The notes under the pieces were generated by a model. It was not told the DNA's origin and did not search any database. It saw only the letters and a list, made by a program, of their open reading frames with translations. A stretch of 64,000 nt of DNA from Candidatus Latescibacterota bacterium (GTDB lineage: Bacteria > Latescibacterota > UBA2968 > UBA8231), in NCBI GenBank assembly GCA_965223905.1, contig CBDCXV010000001.1:352001-416000 (forward strand), written 5' to 3'. How positions within the stretch are numbered: the first letter of the stretch is position 1; each line of letters opens with the position of its first letter. The position numbers were made by a program, and so were the translations under genes. This document shows positions 61,717 through 64,000 of this stretch, one piece after another.

Positions 61717-62451
61717 ATGAACGACGAAGAACGCTTCCTGTTCGACCTCGAGGGGTATCTCATCATCAGGAACGCGCTGTCGCCGGAGGAGGTAGCCGAG
61801 ATAAACCGCGTCGCCGACGAGAGGTATCCCTACGGCGAGCCGGAGGAAAAAGGGGAGTGGTCGGTGTTGCCGTGGGCCGAGCGGGTGAAACGGCTGATCG
61901 ATCACCCGAAGATTCTGCCTTACCTCGTGGAGCTGCTCGGGGACCGCGTCCGCCTGGACCACGACTACGCGCTCTTCATGGATGAAGGGGAAGAACGCGG
62001 CGGTCTTCACGGCGGAACCGGTTATACCCACTGGTATCGCTACCGCAACGGGAGGATGTCGAACGGGCTGACGGTGGTCACATGGTTCCTGACCCCGGCC
62101 CCGTCGGGGGCCGGTGGCTTCGCCTGCGTGCCCGGGAGCCACAAAAGCAACTTCGATGCGGGGGACATCCCGGATGAGGTGCGTTCCTTCGAACGCCCGG
62201 TGGAGTACGTCGTCCAGCCGGCCGCGGAAGCGGGGGACGCCCTGATTTTCACCGAGGCGGTGATTCATGGAACGATGCCCTGGCGCTCCTCGATGGAGCG
62301 GCGGACGCTGCTGTTCAAATACAGCCCGGGCCACTCGTCGTGGGCCAGGGACTGGTACGGCGGTATTGACGTCGGCGAGCTCACCGCGCAGCAGCAGCGA
62401 CTGCTGGCCCCCCCCTCCTCGCAGGCTCACGAAGCGGTGATTCAGCCATAG
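61717..62451 (+). CDS. PhyH family dioxygenase
   Basis: FLFDLEGYL, LHGG, VPGSHKSN, FTEAVIHGT, RRTLLFKY. Confidence 0.88.
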   Translation: MNDEERFLFDLEGYLIIRNALSPEEVAEINRVADERYPYGEPEEKGEWSVLPWAERVKRLIDHPKILPYLVELLGDRVRLDHDYALFMDEGEERGGLHGGTGYTHWYRYRNGRMSNGLTVVTWFLTPAPSGAGGFACVPGSHKSNFDAGDIPDEVRSFERPVEYVVQPAAEAGDALIFTEAVIHGTMPWRSSMERRTLLFKYSPGHSSWARDWYGGIDVGELTAQQQRLLAPPSSQAHEAVIQP

Positions 62452-62476
62452 GACCGCAGGTCTCGATATCGACATG

Positions 62477-62514
62477 AAAAGGCCGCGCCCGTTTTTTGCG
62501 GGCGTGGCCTTTTT
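62477..62514. terminator. rho-independent terminator (possibly bidirectional)
   Basis: AAAAGGCCGCGCCCG-loop-CGGGCGTGGCCTTTTT. Confidence 0.8.
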
Positions 62515-62908
62515 CCATTGCCCCCTGTCCTGCAAGGGGGGAGTTCGAAAAGCGGTTATTCCCTCTCCCCCGCTTTCGTTTCGGTTTTCACCTTGCCCCG
62601 GCAGTTACCGCCTTCCCGGTCGCGGAGTCCGTCTCCGTCGCCCTTCGTCCACTTCTCCCATCCTCCTGAAGCCGTGAAGCGTGCAGCCGGTCTCCATCGT
62701 CCTCTCCCCGGATCTGTAACTCCTTGGACTGCCGCTTGCCGGAGGGCGTTTAACCGGGCCCCCCGAAACGGTGGACCCCATCCATTTGCCCCGGTGGAGG
62801 CACCGGACGTACGCTCCGGTTTCCATTGGAAACTGCGCAGCCAGCCCCCGCCGAGCCCGAACCGCGGCCGGCTGTCCACCCCACCGCTTACCTGGAGACC
62901 TCCGAAAA

Positions 62909-63679
62909 ATGAACCTGTCCTGCTGTGCCTGGGCTTTGTCCGGGACCGCCTGCGAAGTGCTCGGCCAGGCCGCCGGCCTCGGTTTCGAATCGGTCGACCT
63001 GCGGCCCTTCGCCTTTGTCGGAGAGAAAGGAGGGGAGCAGTTGGACTCCGCCGGCCTCCAGGTCCGCTGCGTCGCGGCTTCCGCCGCCGTTCACGAGGAT
63101 CTCGCGCTCGAGTCGGCCGACGAGGCGGTCGTGAGCGCGGCGCTGCGCCAGCTCGACATCGCCTTCGAGTACGCCTCCGCCCTGGGCGCCGGCACCGCCT
63201 ACATCGTGCCCGGCCACGAAGCGGTGGGCGACCTCGGGAGGTATGCCGCCGCCCTCGGCGAGGCGGCCGGGCTCGCGCAGCAACGCGGCCTGCGGCTGGC
63301 GGTAGAGCATTTCCCGGGCCGCGCCCTGCCGACCGTGGCAGGTACCCTCGACTTTCTGGCCGAAATCGATCACCCCAATCTCTACCTGCTGTTCGACCTC
63401 GGGCATGCCCAGATGTCGAACGAGGATCCTGTGGAGGCAATCGAAGCGGCCGCCCCGCGGCTGGGGTACGTCCACCTCGACGACAACAACGGCGTCGACG
63501 ATTCCCACCTCGCCTTGCTGGACGGCGTCCTGACCAGGCAAACCCTGCGCCGAACCCTGTCAGCCCTGCCGTCGGTCGGCTACGATGGTCCGGTCAGTCT
63601 CGAGCTCAACCCCGAACTCCCAGACCCGGCTGATGCCCTCAGGAGGAGCCGGGAGGCCGTCGAAGAGGCGCTTGGCTGA
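62909..63679 (+). CDS. sugar phosphate isomerase/epimerase (xylose isomerase-like TIM barrel)
   Basis: LAVEH, FDLGH, YVHLDDN, SLE metal ligands. Confidence 0.85.
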   Translation: MNLSCCAWALSGTACEVLGQAAGLGFESVDLRPFAFVGEKGGEQLDSAGLQVRCVAASAAVHEDLALESADEAVVSAALRQLDIAFEYASALGAGTAYIVPGHEAVGDLGRYAAALGEAAGLAQQRGLRLAVEHFPGRALPTVAGTLDFLAEIDHPNLYLLFDLGHAQMSNEDPVEAIEAAAPRLGYVHLDDNNGVDDSHLALLDGVLTRQTLRRTLSALPSVGYDGPVSLELNPELPDPADALRRSREAVEEALG

Positions 63680-63854
63680 GGGAACCGGTTCCGCAGGTCG
63701 CGACTCCTGCGATGAAGGGGCCAATCCTGCGGCCGTCGAGTGTACTGTCTCGGCGACGAATCGCGTCGTCTCCCAGGCTCGGTCGGCCGTGCGGAATAGC
63801 GGCCGCAAAGCCGGAGACCCCGGCGAGTGTGAGCCGAAACCGGCTGGAAGGAAC

Positions 63855-63916
63855 GCTGCTGGAGCTGAAGGTGGCCGAAGAGGGCCGTGTCGCGCACGTG
63901 CGGCCCGGGCTTGTGG
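63855..63916 (+). repeat. diverged 62-bp copy of DNA ligase segment 60941-61002
   Basis: 54 of 62 positions identical by manual alignment. Confidence 0.75.
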
Positions 63917-64000
63917 AGAAGCGGGCCCTCCCCTCGGGGGCGGCGGGCAGTCGCCGGCGCCGCTCAACCGGCGTAGAAGTAGGAGGGGACCCCCTCTACG

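Noticed and set aside
62520-62900. Structured RNA in the pyrimidine-rich intergenic region
   Set aside because: No match by eye to RNase P, SRP, tmRNA or riboswitch consensus; needs an Rfam scan
60941-63916. Ligase repeat pair as a DGR template/variable repeat
   Set aside because: Mismatches are not adenine-specific and no reverse transcriptase is present

Overview
GC-rich bacterial chromosomal segment, probably origin-proximal since it opens with gyrB-gyrA and a Ser-Ser-Gln tRNA cluster. The gene content (FlgD-Ig/T9SS-like C-terminal domain protein, five PhyH dioxygenases, Gfo/Idh/MocA oxidoreductases, several PIN toxin-antitoxin pairs) suggests an FCB-group organism such as Ca. Latescibacterota, possibly host/sponge-associated; this is inference only. 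Core and metabolic genes occupy about 1-17 kb and 41.8-64 kb. The middle holds a polyamine-type ABC transporter set (potA...potD...potB-potC) split by accessory DNA. The largest insert (about 25.8-39.7 kb) looks like a defence island: clan-AA aspartic protease, a coupled ABC/AAA ATPase + small PD-(D/E)xK-like protein pair, an Mrr-like endonuclease, a trypsin/beta-barrel fusion, an HNH-like gene with integron-cassette-like ends, and a ~1,520-aa sacsin-GHKL/DUF3883 gene broken by a complete IS66-family element with an 8-bp target duplication, plus IS3/IS256/Fic remnants and a TA pair. Other notable signals are non-canonical quinolone-binding residues in GyrA/GyrB, two DnaA-box-like clusters, a SWIB protein with a repetitive charged tail, and many frameshifts (some may be assembly errors). 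All family assignments come from motif recognition by eye, not database searches.
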